Below, piece by piece: positions 41,597 to 51,466 of a stretch of DNA of 64,000 bases. The translations under genes were made by a program, and so were the position numbers. A model generated the notes under the pieces. The model worked only from the letters and a program-made list of their open reading frames with translations. It ran no database searches and was not told the origin of the DNA. Position 1 is the first letter of the stretch, and the number at the start of each line of letters is the position of its first letter. The stretch comes from an uncultured delta proteobacterium (GTDB taxonomy: Bacteria; Desulfobacterota; Binatia; UBA9968): positions 448,001 through 512,000 of the forward strand of contig CAWFJP010000011.1 in assembly GCA_963816145.1 (NCBI GenBank), written 5' to 3'.

Positions 41597-43636
41597 ATGA
41601 GAGCACGAGGTTTATTCGTACTATTTTTGTTGGGGGCGCCGGCGTCGGGAATTACCCAAGATTCGCTGCCGCCCATAGTAGTCACCTCGACCCGGCTACA
41701 GGATGTCGAGCAACCGGCGAGTCAGGTTCCTGGCAAGGTCATCGTCATTACTGCCGACGACATAAAAACACTTGGCGCCAAGACCATCCAGGAAGCGCTG
41801 CAGTATCAGACCGGCATGGTGCTCTATGATCAGGTCGGCAATGACTTCCAATCCACGCTCGACATGCGGGGTTTTAACGGCCAACCGGTTACGACAACCG
41901 TCGTGGTTGTTGATGGCGTAAGAATCAACGAGCCCGATTTTAACACCATCAACTTCGACTTGATTCCGATCGAAGACATCGAGCGCATCGAAGTCCTTCC
42001 CGGGACCGCGACCGTGTTTGGCCGCAATGCTTTGGGAGGCGTCATCAACATTACGACCAAGCGCGGCCGAACCGAAACACCGCGCGTTAGCGTCAGCATG
42101 GGTGGCGGTAGTTTCAGCCGGCAAAAATACGGCTTCAGCACCGACGGGCTCCTGCCGTTTGGAAATTTAGACTACTATTTCGGCGTGTCGAGAGAGTTGA
42201 CCGATGGCTATCGGGACGCCACCGGCGGAAGAATTACCCGGCTGTCGGGAAAACTCGGCTATCGTCTCGGCGCTGATACCGACGCAACCTTGAGTTACAC
42301 TCACGTCTTGGATCACTTGAAGCAGGCCGGTGCTCTGCCCCTGAGTCTGCTGCATGTCGACCCCAAGGCCAATTTCACTCCAGGCGATTTTACCGACTCA
42401 GCCCTCAATTTGGTCGCGCTCAACGTGCGGCAAAAATTGCCGGCGGGGTTTTCTCTGGCAGTGAACGGATTTTATCGCAATAACGATCAGGAAGGCTTTG
42501 TGAAGGGACAATCTAGCGAATCTCTTTTGCAGACGCAGCTGGATTCCGGCGGCACTATTGCCCAACTGACGCACGACGGATCGATTCTGGCGAGAAAAAA
42601 TCTTGCCACCTTAGGTTTCGAATACACCCGCAACCAGTTCGACATTACCAATTGTGGATTTTTCGGCGCCAATCAACCGCTGACATCCTGCAATTCTTCT
42701 AGTTTCGATTTTTTGACCAAACAGTTTACCAAAGAGAATGTGATCGGCGCCTATTTCACCGATAGCCTCACCCTTTTCGAGCCATTAGTTCTCAACGCGG
42801 GCTTCCGCTACGATTGGGATAACATGAATTTCACCGACAAGCTCGTCCCAACTCTTAGTGCTGCCAAGACCTATCATCGCTTCAACCCCAAAGCTGGTTT
42901 GGTTTACACGCCGATCAATAACCTCAGCTTCTCCTTCAGTTATTCAGAAGGCATTCGCATTCCTACCGTCAGCGAACTCTTCGCCCAGGGGCCATTCGGC
43001 TCTAATCCCAACCTGCAGCCGATGACCAGCCGCAACTTTGAAATCGGCGCCAAAGGAAGATGGGCCGATTGGTTGGAGGCCACATTGGCTCTATTCTACA
43101 TGCCGGTTAAAGACGAAATCCTCTTCGTCGTAACCGATCCGATTAATTTTTTTGGAAGAAACGAAAACATCAGCCGAACCCTGCGCAAAGGTGTCGAGAT
43201 ATCCCTCAAGGGACATTACAAAAAATGGCTGGACGCCTTCTTCAACTACACCGCAACCAAAGCCACCTTCGAGACCGACGTGCTGTTATTTTCAGGCCAA
43301 GTTAAAAAAGGCGATGAAGTGCCGCTCGTGCCGCGCCATCGGGTATCAGTTGGAGTCAACGTTCATCCGTTGGACAATCTCACACTATCTCTCTTCGGCA
43401 ACTATGTGAGCAATCAATTTCTGCTGGGCGACGAACCTAATCAAGGGAAGAAACTTGCCGACTATTTCGTCCTGAACAGTAGAATCGCTTACGAGCAGAA
43501 GTATTGGACCGCGCAGCTGGTGTTTAACAATATGACCGATCGCAAATATTCGAGTTCGGGAATAATCACCAACCAGCCGTTTTTCGTGCCTGCGCCGACA
43601 TTTAATGTGTTCGCGGGATTATCCTTTAAATATTAG
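41597..43636 (+). CDS. btuB: TonB-dependent outer-membrane receptor, BtuB-like
   Basis: TonB box IVVTST, plug motif IERIEVLPG...GGVINITTK, beta-barrel with terminal aromatic residue. ATG 41597 follows AAGGAGG; the ORF-track extension runs through the riboswitch. Confidence 0.88.
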   Translation: MRARGLFVLFLLGAPASGITQDSLPPIVVTSTRLQDVEQPASQVPGKVIVITADDIKTLGAKTIQEALQYQTGMVLYDQVGNDFQSTLDMRGFNGQPVTTTVVVVDGVRINEPDFNTINFDLIPIEDIERIEVLPGTATVFGRNALGGVINITTKRGRTETPRVSVSMGGGSFSRQKYGFSTDGLLPFGNLDYYFGVSRELTDGYRDATGGRITRLSGKLGYRLGADTDATLSYTHVLDHLKQAGALPLSLLHVDPKANFTPGDFTDSALNLVALNVRQKLPAGFSLAVNGFYRNNDQEGFVKGQSSESLLQTQLDSGGTIAQLTHDGSILARKNLATLGFEYTRNQFDITNCGFFGANQPLTSCNSSSFDFLTKQFTKENVIGAYFTDSLTLFEPLVLNAGFRYDWDNMNFTDKLVPTLSAAKTYHRFNPKAGLVYTPINNLSFSFSYSEGIRIPTVSELFAQGPFGSNPNLQPMTSRNFEIGAKGRWADWLEATLALFYMPVKDEILFVVTDPINFFGRNENISRTLRKGVEISLKGHYKKWLDAFFNYTATKATFETDVLLFSGQVKKGDEVPLVPRHRVSVGVNVHPLDNLTLSLFGNYVSNQFLLGDEPNQGKKLADYFVLNSRIAYEQKYWTAQLVFNNMTDRKYSSSGIITNQPFFVPAPTFNVFAGLSFKY

Positions 43637-43668
43637 CGTCGGCTGACGGGCAATTTGCCGACTTTTCT

Positions 43669-44622
43669 GTGAAAATGAAGACATCGACAGCTTTTCGAGC
43701 AGCCACCGCGTTTCTTATCATTCTCCTAGTAGGTGCGGGTGACTGGCATCTCGCGCTCGCGATGGCGCAAACACGGACCATCATCGACGATCTCGGCTTT
43801 CACGTCGGAATAAGACCTAACATTCGCCGGGTCGTATCTCTGGTACCGACAAATTCCGAGATGATCTGTTTATTGGATTGCGACCGGTTAGTCGGCGGCA
43901 CGCGCTATGACTATTACCCCGATGAATTGCCGAGACGAATGGCGCGCAAGCAGATCGACATCATCGGCGGCGGCTTCGATGCGAATTTGGAGAAGATCGT
44001 CCAGCTCCAACCGGATCTTATCCTCACCAATGGGCCGACCCAGCAGCGCTTCGCCGTGCCGCTCAAAAACCTGGGCTTTGCTGTGATCAGTCTGTGGCCG
44101 CGCGACATGGCCGGACTGGTGAAAGACTTCTTGCTCTTGGGCGAGCTGCTCGGGCAAGAGCAGAAAGCGCGAACTTTTATCGATGAGATGCGCCCACGCT
44201 TTCAGGCGATAGTAAGTAAAACCAAGAACAAGCCAAAAAGGCGGGCGTATCTGCAAATGTGGACCGAGCCGTTGATCACCGTGGGCGGGGCATCCTTTAC
44301 CGACTGGCTGGTCAGCGCCGCCGGCGGCGTCAATGTTTTCGGCGACCTGTCGTTCGACTCGGGCCAGATCGGTTTGGAATCGCTGATTCAGAGAAATCCA
44401 GAAGTGCTGATTTTTCTCGCCGAGCAAGCGCCGTTCGTGAAGACTCTGCCGCGGCGTCCCGGCTGGTCGTCGATCCGCGGCGTGCGCGACGGCCATCTTT
44501 GTTTTATCGATGAGCCGGACATTCGCCGCAGCATCATGTTCATCGACGGCTTGGCAAAGCTGCACAATTGCCTTTTCGCTAACCCCGCAACGGCGCACCG
44601 GTTGCGATTGGAGCACAGGTGA
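43669..44622 (+). CDS. btuF: Cobalamin/Fe-siderophore ABC substrate-binding protein
   Basis: RRVVSLVPTNSE, NLEKIVQLQPDLI and AAGGVNVF; operon context. Confidence 0.82.
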   Translation: MKMKTSTAFRAATAFLIILLVGAGDWHLALAMAQTRTIIDDLGFHVGIRPNIRRVVSLVPTNSEMICLLDCDRLVGGTRYDYYPDELPRRMARKQIDIIGGGFDANLEKIVQLQPDLILTNGPTQQRFAVPLKNLGFAVISLWPRDMAGLVKDFLLLGELLGQEQKARTFIDEMRPRFQAIVSKTKNKPKRRAYLQMWTEPLITVGGASFTDWLVSAAGGVNVFGDLSFDSGQIGLESLIQRNPEVLIFLAEQAPFVKTLPRRPGWSSIRGVRDGHLCFIDEPDIRRSIMFIDGLAKLHNCLFANPATAHRLRLEHR

Positions 44623-45587
44623 ATCGCTTTAGCTATCGGCTCATCCCGGTATCGGTGTTAGTTGTCATCCTGATCGGCTTGAGCATCGGACCGGTGCCCA
44701 TCTCCCTCTTGGCAATGTCCGCGACAGACAAAGAAATCTTGTTCAACCTGCGTCTGCCGCGAGTCCTCTCGGCTTTTTTGGTTGGTGGCGGACTGGCCCT
44801 CGCCGGGGCAATTTTTCAAGGGTTGTTCCGTAATCCCATCGCGGACAGTTATCTGCTTGGCGTCTCGTCCGGCGCGTCATTGGGCGCAGCCGCGGCGATC
44901 GTCTTCAAGCTCGCCTCGCCGTTGGCTAGTTTCGCCGCCGTCAGTGTCTTTGCTTTCACCGGATCGTTGGCCGCCCTCGCTTTGGTATTCTATTTTGGCC
45001 ATCGCCAGGGTGGATTTTCGGTCTTTCGCCTCTTGCTCTCCGGTTTGGGCGTTGGCTTGTTTCTCTCGTCCCTCGTCGCCATCTTCATGCTGATGGCCGG
45101 CGAAGAGTTGAAAGCGCTGATTTTTTTCTTTCTTGGCGGCTTCTCCAGTTCCAGTTGGGACACCACCTGGGTCTCGCTCGGCTGCATCCCACTGGCGGCG
45201 CTAGCTGCCTGCTACTTCGCGCCCGAGTTGAATGTGTTACTGCTCGGCGAGGAGACCGCGCAAAGCAGCGGTGTTCGCACCGGGCGCGTGCAACTCACTT
45301 TCGCCATTCTCGCCGCTCTACTGACTTCCATATCGGTATCGGTGGCTGGTTTGATCGGTTTCGTCGGTTTGATCGTGCCGCATATGATCCGTTTGATCTT
45401 TGGCGCCGACCATCGGACTTTGTTTCCGTTGACGTTTATTTCCGGCGGAATTTTTCTCGTGCTCTGCGACGCCGCGGCGCGCACCGTCATGGCGCCGGCG
45501 GAACTCCCCGTCGGCATCGTGACTTCGCTGGTCGGAGTGCCGATCTTTCTCTACCTGATCCGCAACGAGACCGGCGACTTGGGTTAA
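44619..45587 (+). CDS. btuC: FecCD/BtuC family ABC permease
   Basis: LRLPRV, FRNPIAD.YLLGVSSGA, IGFVGLIVPH and ELPVG. Confidence 0.88.
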   Translation: MNRFSYRLIPVSVLVVILIGLSIGPVPISLLAMSATDKEILFNLRLPRVLSAFLVGGGLALAGAIFQGLFRNPIADSYLLGVSSGASLGAAAAIVFKLASPLASFAAVSVFAFTGSLAALALVFYFGHRQGGFSVFRLLLSGLGVGLFLSSLVAIFMLMAGEELKALIFFFLGGFSSSSWDTTWVSLGCIPLAALAACYFAPELNVLLLGEETAQSSGVRTGRVQLTFAILAALLTSISVSVAGLIGFVGLIVPHMIRLIFGADHRTLFPLTFISGGIFLVLCDAAARTVMAPAELPVGIVTSLVGVPIFLYLIRNETGDLG

Positions 45588-45591
45588 GGCA

Positions 45592-46386
45592 ATGACAGCG
45601 ACGAGCGCACTCGAGGTTCACAGCATCTCTTTCAGTTACAACGCCGGCCGACTGCTGAAGGAGATTTCCTTTTCCGTAGCCGCGGGCGAACTTATTGCTC
45701 TCATCGGCCCCAACGGCTCGGGGAAAACCACCCTGCTGAAAATCATGCTCGGTCTGCTAGCGCCGAGCTGCGGCGAAGTTACTTTGCTCGGCCTGCCCCT
45801 AACGTCGTATCCACCTCGAATGCGCGCAAAGACCATCGCCTATGTCTCACAGCAGCCGGCTTTGAGTTTTCCCCTGACGGTGCGTGAGCTGGTCGCACTC
45901 GGACGCTATCCCCACGGCGCGCGCGGCAGAGAATCTTCGGCAGACAAGCTGGCCATAGTGATCGCACTGGAACGAGCCGCGGCGACGGAGCTGTGTAACC
46001 GGCAGTTCAACTCGCTGAGCGGCGGTGAGAGGCAGAAAGTCTTGATCGCCCGCGCCCTGGCGCAATCGGCTCAAGTCTTACTCCTCGACGAACCGACACT
46101 CCACCTCGATCTCAATTTTCAATTGCAAATCCTCTCGGCATTGAAACGGTTATGCATTGAAGACGGAATCACCGTCATTACCGTCCTCCACGACATGAAT
46201 TTGGTTTCGCTGTTCGCCGACAAAGCGCTGTTGCTGAGCGGCGGCATCCTGCGCGGCTTCGGCCCGATCGCCGAAGTTATCAACGAAGCCAGTATCAAAG
46301 AACTGCTCGACGTCGCCATGAAACCAATCAGCGGCGACGGCTCGGAGCCGCGCTATTTCGTGCCGCGCCGGCCGTTTCTTAAGTGA
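45592..46386 (+). CDS. btuD: ABC transporter ATP-binding protein (BtuD/FepC type)
   Basis: GPNGSGKT, LSGGERQ, LLLDEPT and VLHD. Confidence 0.88.
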   Translation: MTATSALEVHSISFSYNAGRLLKEISFSVAAGELIALIGPNGSGKTTLLKIMLGLLAPSCGEVTLLGLPLTSYPPRMRAKTIAYVSQQPALSFPLTVRELVALGRYPHGARGRESSADKLAIVIALERAAATELCNRQFNSLSGGERQKVLIARALAQSAQVLLLDEPTLHLDLNFQLQILSALKRLCIEDGITVITVLHDMNLVSLFADKALLLSGGILRGFGPIAEVINEASIKELLDVAMKPISGDGSEPRYFVPRRPFLK

Positions 46387-46399
46387 AATCTGCGAAACA

Positions 46400-47920
46400 A
46401 TGCGCGCCAAAACACTCATGGTCCAAGGCACCGGTTCATCGGTCGGGAAAAGCGTTCTAGTGACAGCGTTGTGCCGGATTTTCAAGCAGCAGGGACTGCG
46501 AGTCGCGCCGTTCAAGGCGCAAAACATGTCGCTCAATTCATTCGTCACCGCGGCTGGCGAGGAAATCGGACGCGCCCAGGTTGTCCAAGCCGAGGCGGCG
46601 GGCATCGCGCCGACGGTCGAGATGAACCCGGTTCTGCTAAAGCCAGAGAGCGATCATCACGCGCAAATCATCGTCCGCGGCAGACCGTTGACGCGCATCA
46701 ACGCCGCGCACTTTTCCCAACTCAAAACCGAGCTCTGGAGCGCGATTACGGAATCCATCGACCGGCTGCGCTGCACTTACGATGTCGTCGTCATCGAAGG
46801 CGCCGGCAGTCCCGCGGAGATCAATCTCAAGGATCGCGATCTGGTGAACATGAAAGTCGCGCTTTACTGCAACGCGCCGGTGTTACTAGCCGCTGACATC
46901 GACCGCGGCGGGATATTTGCAGCGCTCGTGGGCACCATGGAACTTCTTGAAGCGCGGGAGAAGGAGCGAGTCAAGGCGTTCATCGTCAACAAATTTCGCG
47001 GTGACGTCTCATTGCTCAAGCCGGGATTGGATTGGCTTGAAGCGCGCACCGGGATACCGGTCGCGGGCGTAGTTCCCTACTACCACGATATTCACATCGC
47101 CGAAGAAGATTCCCTCGCGCTTGAGAAGCGCCAAGAGATGAAACATCGCCGAGACTTCGATCTCGATATCGCCGTCATTGCCCTGCCGCATATTGCCAAC
47201 TTCGATGACTTCGATCCTTTTGCACGAGAACCCCGTGTTCGGCTGCGTTACATTGAAGCCGGCGACATGCTTGGCCAACCTGATTTGATCATTCTCCCGG
47301 GAAGCAAAACCACCGTGGCCGATCTCGATTATCTCCGCAGCAGCGGCCGCGAACAAGAAATTAAAGGCGCAGTTGCAGACGGCATTCCGATCATCGGCAT
47401 TTGCGGCGGATACCAAATGCTCGGCACCGCCATCTACGATCCGGACCTGATCGAATCGACGAACACGCTGACGGCCGGAATGAGACTTTTGCCGACGACC
47501 ACACGCTTTTTGGCAATAAAATCGACCCATCAGGTTAAAGCGCGCACATTGGCAGGTTTCGGGCTGCTCGCCAAAGCAAAGAACGTGGAAATTTCCGGTT
47601 ATGAAATTCACATGGGACAAACTGAAGGGCAGGGACAGTCACACCCATTTCTCATCGAGCGACGCTCCCAGCAAGTCTGCTCCGACGGAGACGGAATCCT
47701 CAGCGCCGACGGTAACGTCATTGGCACCTACATCCACGGCCTTTTTCATAACGACGCCTTGCGCCGCGCGATATTGCTTGAACTCGCCGAAAGAAAAGGC
47801 CAGAGGTTGGCAGAAAGCACTCTGCAATTTTCCGCCGATGAACAGTATGACCGACTCGCCGCTCATGTGCGCTCGAGCTTAAACATGGAACTTATCCAGC
47901 GCATCCTCGATCAACCGTAA
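46400..47920 (+). CDS. cobQ: Cobyric acid synthase CobQ/CbiP
   Basis: QGTGSSVGKS, PFKAQNMS, IEGAGSPAE, GICGGYQMLG and GTYIHGLF. Confidence 0.97.
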   Translation: MRAKTLMVQGTGSSVGKSVLVTALCRIFKQQGLRVAPFKAQNMSLNSFVTAAGEEIGRAQVVQAEAAGIAPTVEMNPVLLKPESDHHAQIIVRGRPLTRINAAHFSQLKTELWSAITESIDRLRCTYDVVVIEGAGSPAEINLKDRDLVNMKVALYCNAPVLLAADIDRGGIFAALVGTMELLEAREKERVKAFIVNKFRGDVSLLKPGLDWLEARTGIPVAGVVPYYHDIHIAEEDSLALEKRQEMKHRRDFDLDIAVIALPHIANFDDFDPFAREPRVRLRYIEAGDMLGQPDLIILPGSKTTVADLDYLRSSGREQEIKGAVADGIPIIGICGGYQMLGTAIYDPDLIESTNTLTAGMRLLPTTTRFLAIKSTHQVKARTLAGFGLLAKAKNVEISGYEIHMGQTEGQGQSHPFLIERRSQQVCSDGDGILSADGNVIGTYIHGLFHNDALRRAILLELAERKGQRLAESTLQFSADEQYDRLAAHVRSSLNMELIQRILDQP

Positions 47921-47922
47921 AC

Positions 47923-49074
47923 TCACCGATTCGCCTTGCGATAGCCCAGCGCGTCCTGGGCGATGATCATTTTCTGCACGTTCGACGACCCTTCGACGAT
48001 CTGGTACGACTTGGCGTCGCGGTAGTAGCGCTCGACCGGGAACTCGGTGGAGTAGCCGTAAGCGCCGAGGATTTTCATTGCCGCGTCGGCTGCATAATTC
48101 GCGGCTTCGGCCGCAGTGTATTTGCCGATGGAGGTTTCTAAATTGTTAGGCTTGTTTTGGTCCGCGAGCCAAGCGGCTCGATAAACCAATAGACGCGCCG
48201 CTTCTTCGTGGGCGATCATTTGCGCGATCATATCTTGATTCATCTGGAACTCGCCGATTTTTTGTCCGAATTGACTGCGTTGATTGCAGTAATTCACCGC
48301 AGCCTCTTTGGCGGCGCGCGCTACACCCAATGCACCCGCGGCGCAGTTGAGTCTTGTTTGGCCCAACTGCCACATACAGATTTTAAAACCATCGCCTTCA
48401 TTGCCAAGCCGATTCGCTACAGGAATGCGGAAGTTATCAAGAGTCAGCTCGCCCAGCGGCGAACAATGCGCACCCATTGCATCTAACGACTTGCGCGTCA
48501 GACCGGGCTCGTTCCAATCCGTATAGAAAGCGCTCATGCCGCGGTGTTTTTGCGCCCGGTCCGTGTACGCGTAGACGAGCCCGCCATTAGTTACCGGACC
48601 ATTAGAAATCCAGATCTTGCCGCCGTTGAGGAAGTAGTCATCGCCTTTTTTGGTCGCCGTAGTGCGCATCGCCGCGACATCAGAGCCGGCATCCGCCTCG
48701 GTGATCGCAAAGCAGCCGATGGTTTCTCCGGAAACTAAACCTGGAATAAATTTCTGTTTCTGTTCCTCAGTGCCGAATTGCAGCAACGTCAACGCCGGAC
48801 CGATCTGCATATTGATGGCGACGCGCATCGCGCTATGCACCCGTGCGACTTCTTCCGTGATTAGCACCATCGCCAGAAACCCCAGTCCGTTACCGCCATA
48901 AGTCTCAGGTATCACCGAGCCATAGAATCCTAGCTCGCCCATTTTCTTGACCAGATCGCCGCGAAAAGTTTTTTCCTTATCATCCTTCGCGGCGGTCGGC
49001 GCGATTTCCTTCTCGGCGAACTCCCGCGCCAAGTCACGCACGGCGATTAACTCGTCTGACAAATCAAAATCCAT
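47923..49074 (-). CDS. Acyl-CoA dehydrogenase, non-decarboxylating glutaryl-CoA dehydrogenase-like
   Basis: ACAD motifs plus FQMNQDMIAQM, ILGAYGYSTE, IVEGS and C-terminal RKANR. ATG 49074 follows GGAGG. Confidence 0.85.
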   Translation of the reverse strand: MDFDLSDELIAVRDLAREFAEKEIAPTAAKDDKEKTFRGDLVKKMGELGFYGSVIPETYGGNGLGFLAMVLITEEVARVHSAMRVAINMQIGPALTLLQFGTEEQKQKFIPGLVSGETIGCFAITEADAGSDVAAMRTTATKKGDDYFLNGGKIWISNGPVTNGGLVYAYTDRAQKHRGMSAFYTDWNEPGLTRKSLDAMGAHCSPLGELTLDNFRIPVANRLGNEGDGFKICMWQLGQTRLNCAAGALGVARAAKEAAVNYCNQRSQFGQKIGEFQMNQDMIAQMIAHEEAARLLVYRAAWLADQNKPNNLETSIGKYTAAEAANYAADAAMKILGAYGYSTEFPVERYYRDAKSYQIVEGSSNVQKMIIAQDALGYRKANR

Positions 49075-49091
49075 TGAACCTCCTTGGGAAT

Positions 49092-49180
49092 AGGCATGAG
49101 GCATGAGGCGAAAGGCGTGAATAAGAAACGAAATGACGAGAAATGGTTTTCCTCTTGCCTCAGACCTCACGCCTCACGCC
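49092..49180. repeat. Heptamer-periodic inverted repeat (AGGCRTG / CACGCCT units)
   Basis: AGGCATGAGGCATGAGGCGAAAGGCGTGA ... CCTCTTGCCTCAGACCTCACGCCTCACGCC. The right arm contains the stop codon of the upstream gene. Confidence 0.7.
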
Positions 49181-50319
49181 ATTTTCAGCAATTCCCGCGC
49201 GATGATAATCTTTTGAATCTCCGACGTGCCCTCGTAAATCCTGAGCGCCCGCACGTCGCGATAGAGGCGCTCCATGATGCTGCCGGCAACTAGGCCGTTA
49301 CCGCCGTGAATTTGCAGGGCTTGATCGACAATGCGCTGCGCCGCTTCGGTGGCGTAGAGTTTCGCCATCGACGATTTCAGTTTGGTATCCGCGTTGCCAC
49401 AGTCATGCGCCCAGGCTGCTTGGTAAACCAACAGCCGCGCAGCTTCTAACTCAGTGGCCATCTCGGCGAGCTTGAATTCAATTCCCTGGAACTCAGCAAT
49501 AGGTCTGCCGAATTGCTGGCGCCTCTTGCTGTAACGAATCGCTTCCTCTAACGCTCTTTGGGCAAAGCCAACGGCAGCCGCACCGACGCTACAGCGTAAA
49601 AGATCGAGAGTCTCTAACGCGAGCTTCAATCCGTCGCCCTCAGCACCGATTAACTTGGCTTCAGACACAATGGAGCCGGCGAATTCGAGTACACCGATTG
49701 GGTGTGGCGACAGCACTTGAGTTTTTTCCTTAACCGCCAAGCCATGAAGGCTCCCGTCGATGATGAAAGCGCTCACCCCCTTAGCCTTTTTCTCTGGCGC
49801 CGTCGACGCGAAGACAACGTAGAAGTCCGCGATGCCCGCATTGGAAATGAACCGCTTGGTACCGCTCAATAGAAATTGGTCAGCCTGGCGCAGCGCGGTC
49901 GTTTTTAATGAAGCGACGTCGGAACCAGCCTCCGGCTCGGTGATCGCGAAAGCTGCAATCGCGTCGCCGCTGGCGACCTTCGGCAGATAGCGACGCTTCT
50001 GTTCGTCATCTCCCGCTAGCGTGATTGGATAACTGCCCAGCGCCTGTAGCGCGAACATGGTATCGGCGAGCGCATCGCCACGCGCCAACTCCTCGCGCAG
50101 AATGCACAGAACGCGCGCCTCCACTTGGTCGCCAACGCCACCGAACTGACGCGGCACGACATGTTTCAAAAATCCTGCAGCGCCGAATTGCTGAACCAAA
50201 CGTCGGGCGCGCTGCTCAAGATCACTTTCGCGATCGGCACCGGCGAACAAATTCTTTTCCGCCCACTTCCGGACCTGCCCCTGCAAACTGGCATGATCGT
50301 GAGTGAAGAAAGGCAACAT
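49174..50319 (-). CDS. Acyl-CoA dehydrogenase
   Basis: AAFAITEPEAGSD, GTKRFISNAG, RQQFG and RALRIYEGTSEIQ. Confidence 0.93.
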   Translation of the reverse strand: MLPFFTHDHASLQGQVRKWAEKNLFAGADRESDLEQRARRLVQQFGAAGFLKHVVPRQFGGVGDQVEARVLCILREELARGDALADTMFALQALGSYPITLAGDDEQKRRYLPKVASGDAIAAFAITEPEAGSDVASLKTTALRQADQFLLSGTKRFISNAGIADFYVVFASTAPEKKAKGVSAFIIDGSLHGLAVKEKTQVLSPHPIGVLEFAGSIVSEAKLIGAEGDGLKLALETLDLLRCSVGAAAVGFAQRALEEAIRYSKRRQQFGRPIAEFQGIEFKLAEMATELEAARLLVYQAAWAHDCGNADTKLKSSMAKLYATEAAQRIVDQALQIHGGNGLVAGSIMERLYRDVRALRIYEGTSEIQKIIIARELLKMA

Positions 50320-50332
50320 GACGGATATGGAC

Positions 50333-50476
50333 TCAGGACCGATTGAATTTCACCGACCGCTTCTCGACAAACGCGCGATCATCCTCTGTGAAATCTGGCA
50401 TCTGCGTCAAGGACGCCAGCTCCTGTGAGCCCAAATCCAAGGCTCCCACCAGATCCATAAATGAAATGTGAGTCAT
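50333..50476 (-). pseudogene. C-terminal remnant of an enoyl-CoA hydratase/crotonase gene
   Basis: MDLVGALDLGSQELASLTQMPDFTEDDRAFVEKRSVKFNRS fits the crotonase C-terminal DFxE..xAFxEKR.P.F pattern; the rest of the gene is absent. Confidence 0.6.
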
Positions 50477-50496
50477 CGATTCATCTCTACCTGCCG

Positions 50497-50556
50497 AATG
50501 GAGTAATAGCGCGGTGACAGTTTCCACGCCATCCCCCCACCACTCCAATACCCCAT
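50497..50556. repeat. Degenerate GGAGTAAT/CCAATAC-type palindromic repeat
   Basis: AATGGAGTAAT ... CCACCACTCCAATACCCCA arms at the deletion junction. Confidence 0.5.
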
Positions 50557-50569
50557 CGCGTAATTCCGT

Positions 50570-51349
50570 TCACACCATCACCGCGCCGCCGTCGACATTG
50601 ATCGCCTGACCGGTCATGCCGCTCATTTCCGGCGCCGCGATTAAACATGCCAGCGAAGCGACTTCTTCGGCTTCGATCAATCGCTTCTGCGGCGCGCTGG
50701 ACGCGAACGCTTTGAGAATGTCATCAACACTCTTGCCGGTCTTGTCGGCCATGATGCGGGCATTGTCGCGCGTGCGCTCATCGTCGATATAGCCGGGACA
50801 AATCGCATTCACGGTGACGCCGAACCGCCCGGTTTCCAGGGCCAAAGATCGTGTCAAGCCGAGCAGCCCATGCTTCGAAGCCGTATACGCGGTCACATGA
50901 CTGTAACCGACTTTGGCGGTGGTCGACGCGATATTGATAATGCGGCCCCATTTAGCTTCGACCATCGCCGGCAAGAACACTTTGCAGCAATTGTAGGCGC
51001 CGGTGAGATTGGTGTCCAAGGTTTGATCCCAGGTTTCATCGGACATATCGGCAAAACTGACAGCGCGGGCGATGCCGGCGTTGTTGACCAAGATCTGCAC
51101 GTCACCCCAGAGCTCTCGAATAGAATCCCGCAGCCGCCGCACTTGCTCTCGGCGCGTAACGTCACAAGCTATTGCCCGTACCTGTGCGCCATTTTGAGCC
51201 ATCTTGTCCGCCGCTGTCCCGAGTCTCTCAAGATCGCGGGCGGTGATGGCAACGCGGCAGCCCCGCAATGCGAACTCACCTGCGATCGCCGCACCGATGC
51301 CGCTACTGCCACCGGTGACTAAAACAGTTTTGTTGGCGAGGCCGTCCAT
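50570..51349 (-). CDS. Short-chain dehydrogenase/reductase (SDR)
   Basis: TGGSSGIG, NNAG, YTASK and VNAICPG. Confidence 0.93.
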   Translation of the reverse strand: MDGLANKTVLVTGGSSGIGAAIAGEFALRGCRVAITARDLERLGTAADKMAQNGAQVRAIACDVTRREQVRRLRDSIRELWGDVQILVNNAGIARAVSFADMSDETWDQTLDTNLTGAYNCCKVFLPAMVEAKWGRIINIASTTAKVGYSHVTAYTASKHGLLGLTRSLALETGRFGVTVNAICPGYIDDERTRDNARIMADKTGKSVDDILKAFASSAPQKRLIEAEEVASLACLIAAPEMSGMTGQAINVDGGAVMV

Positions 51350-51466
51350 ACTCGAACAATAGCATATGCCCTGGCGCCGTGCGTAATTCAATCGGCCGCG
51401 GCGCTTGTGATCGCCAAAGGTTTTCGATAAAGAGTTTTTCACTCAGATGCTGGTCAGGGTGCAATC

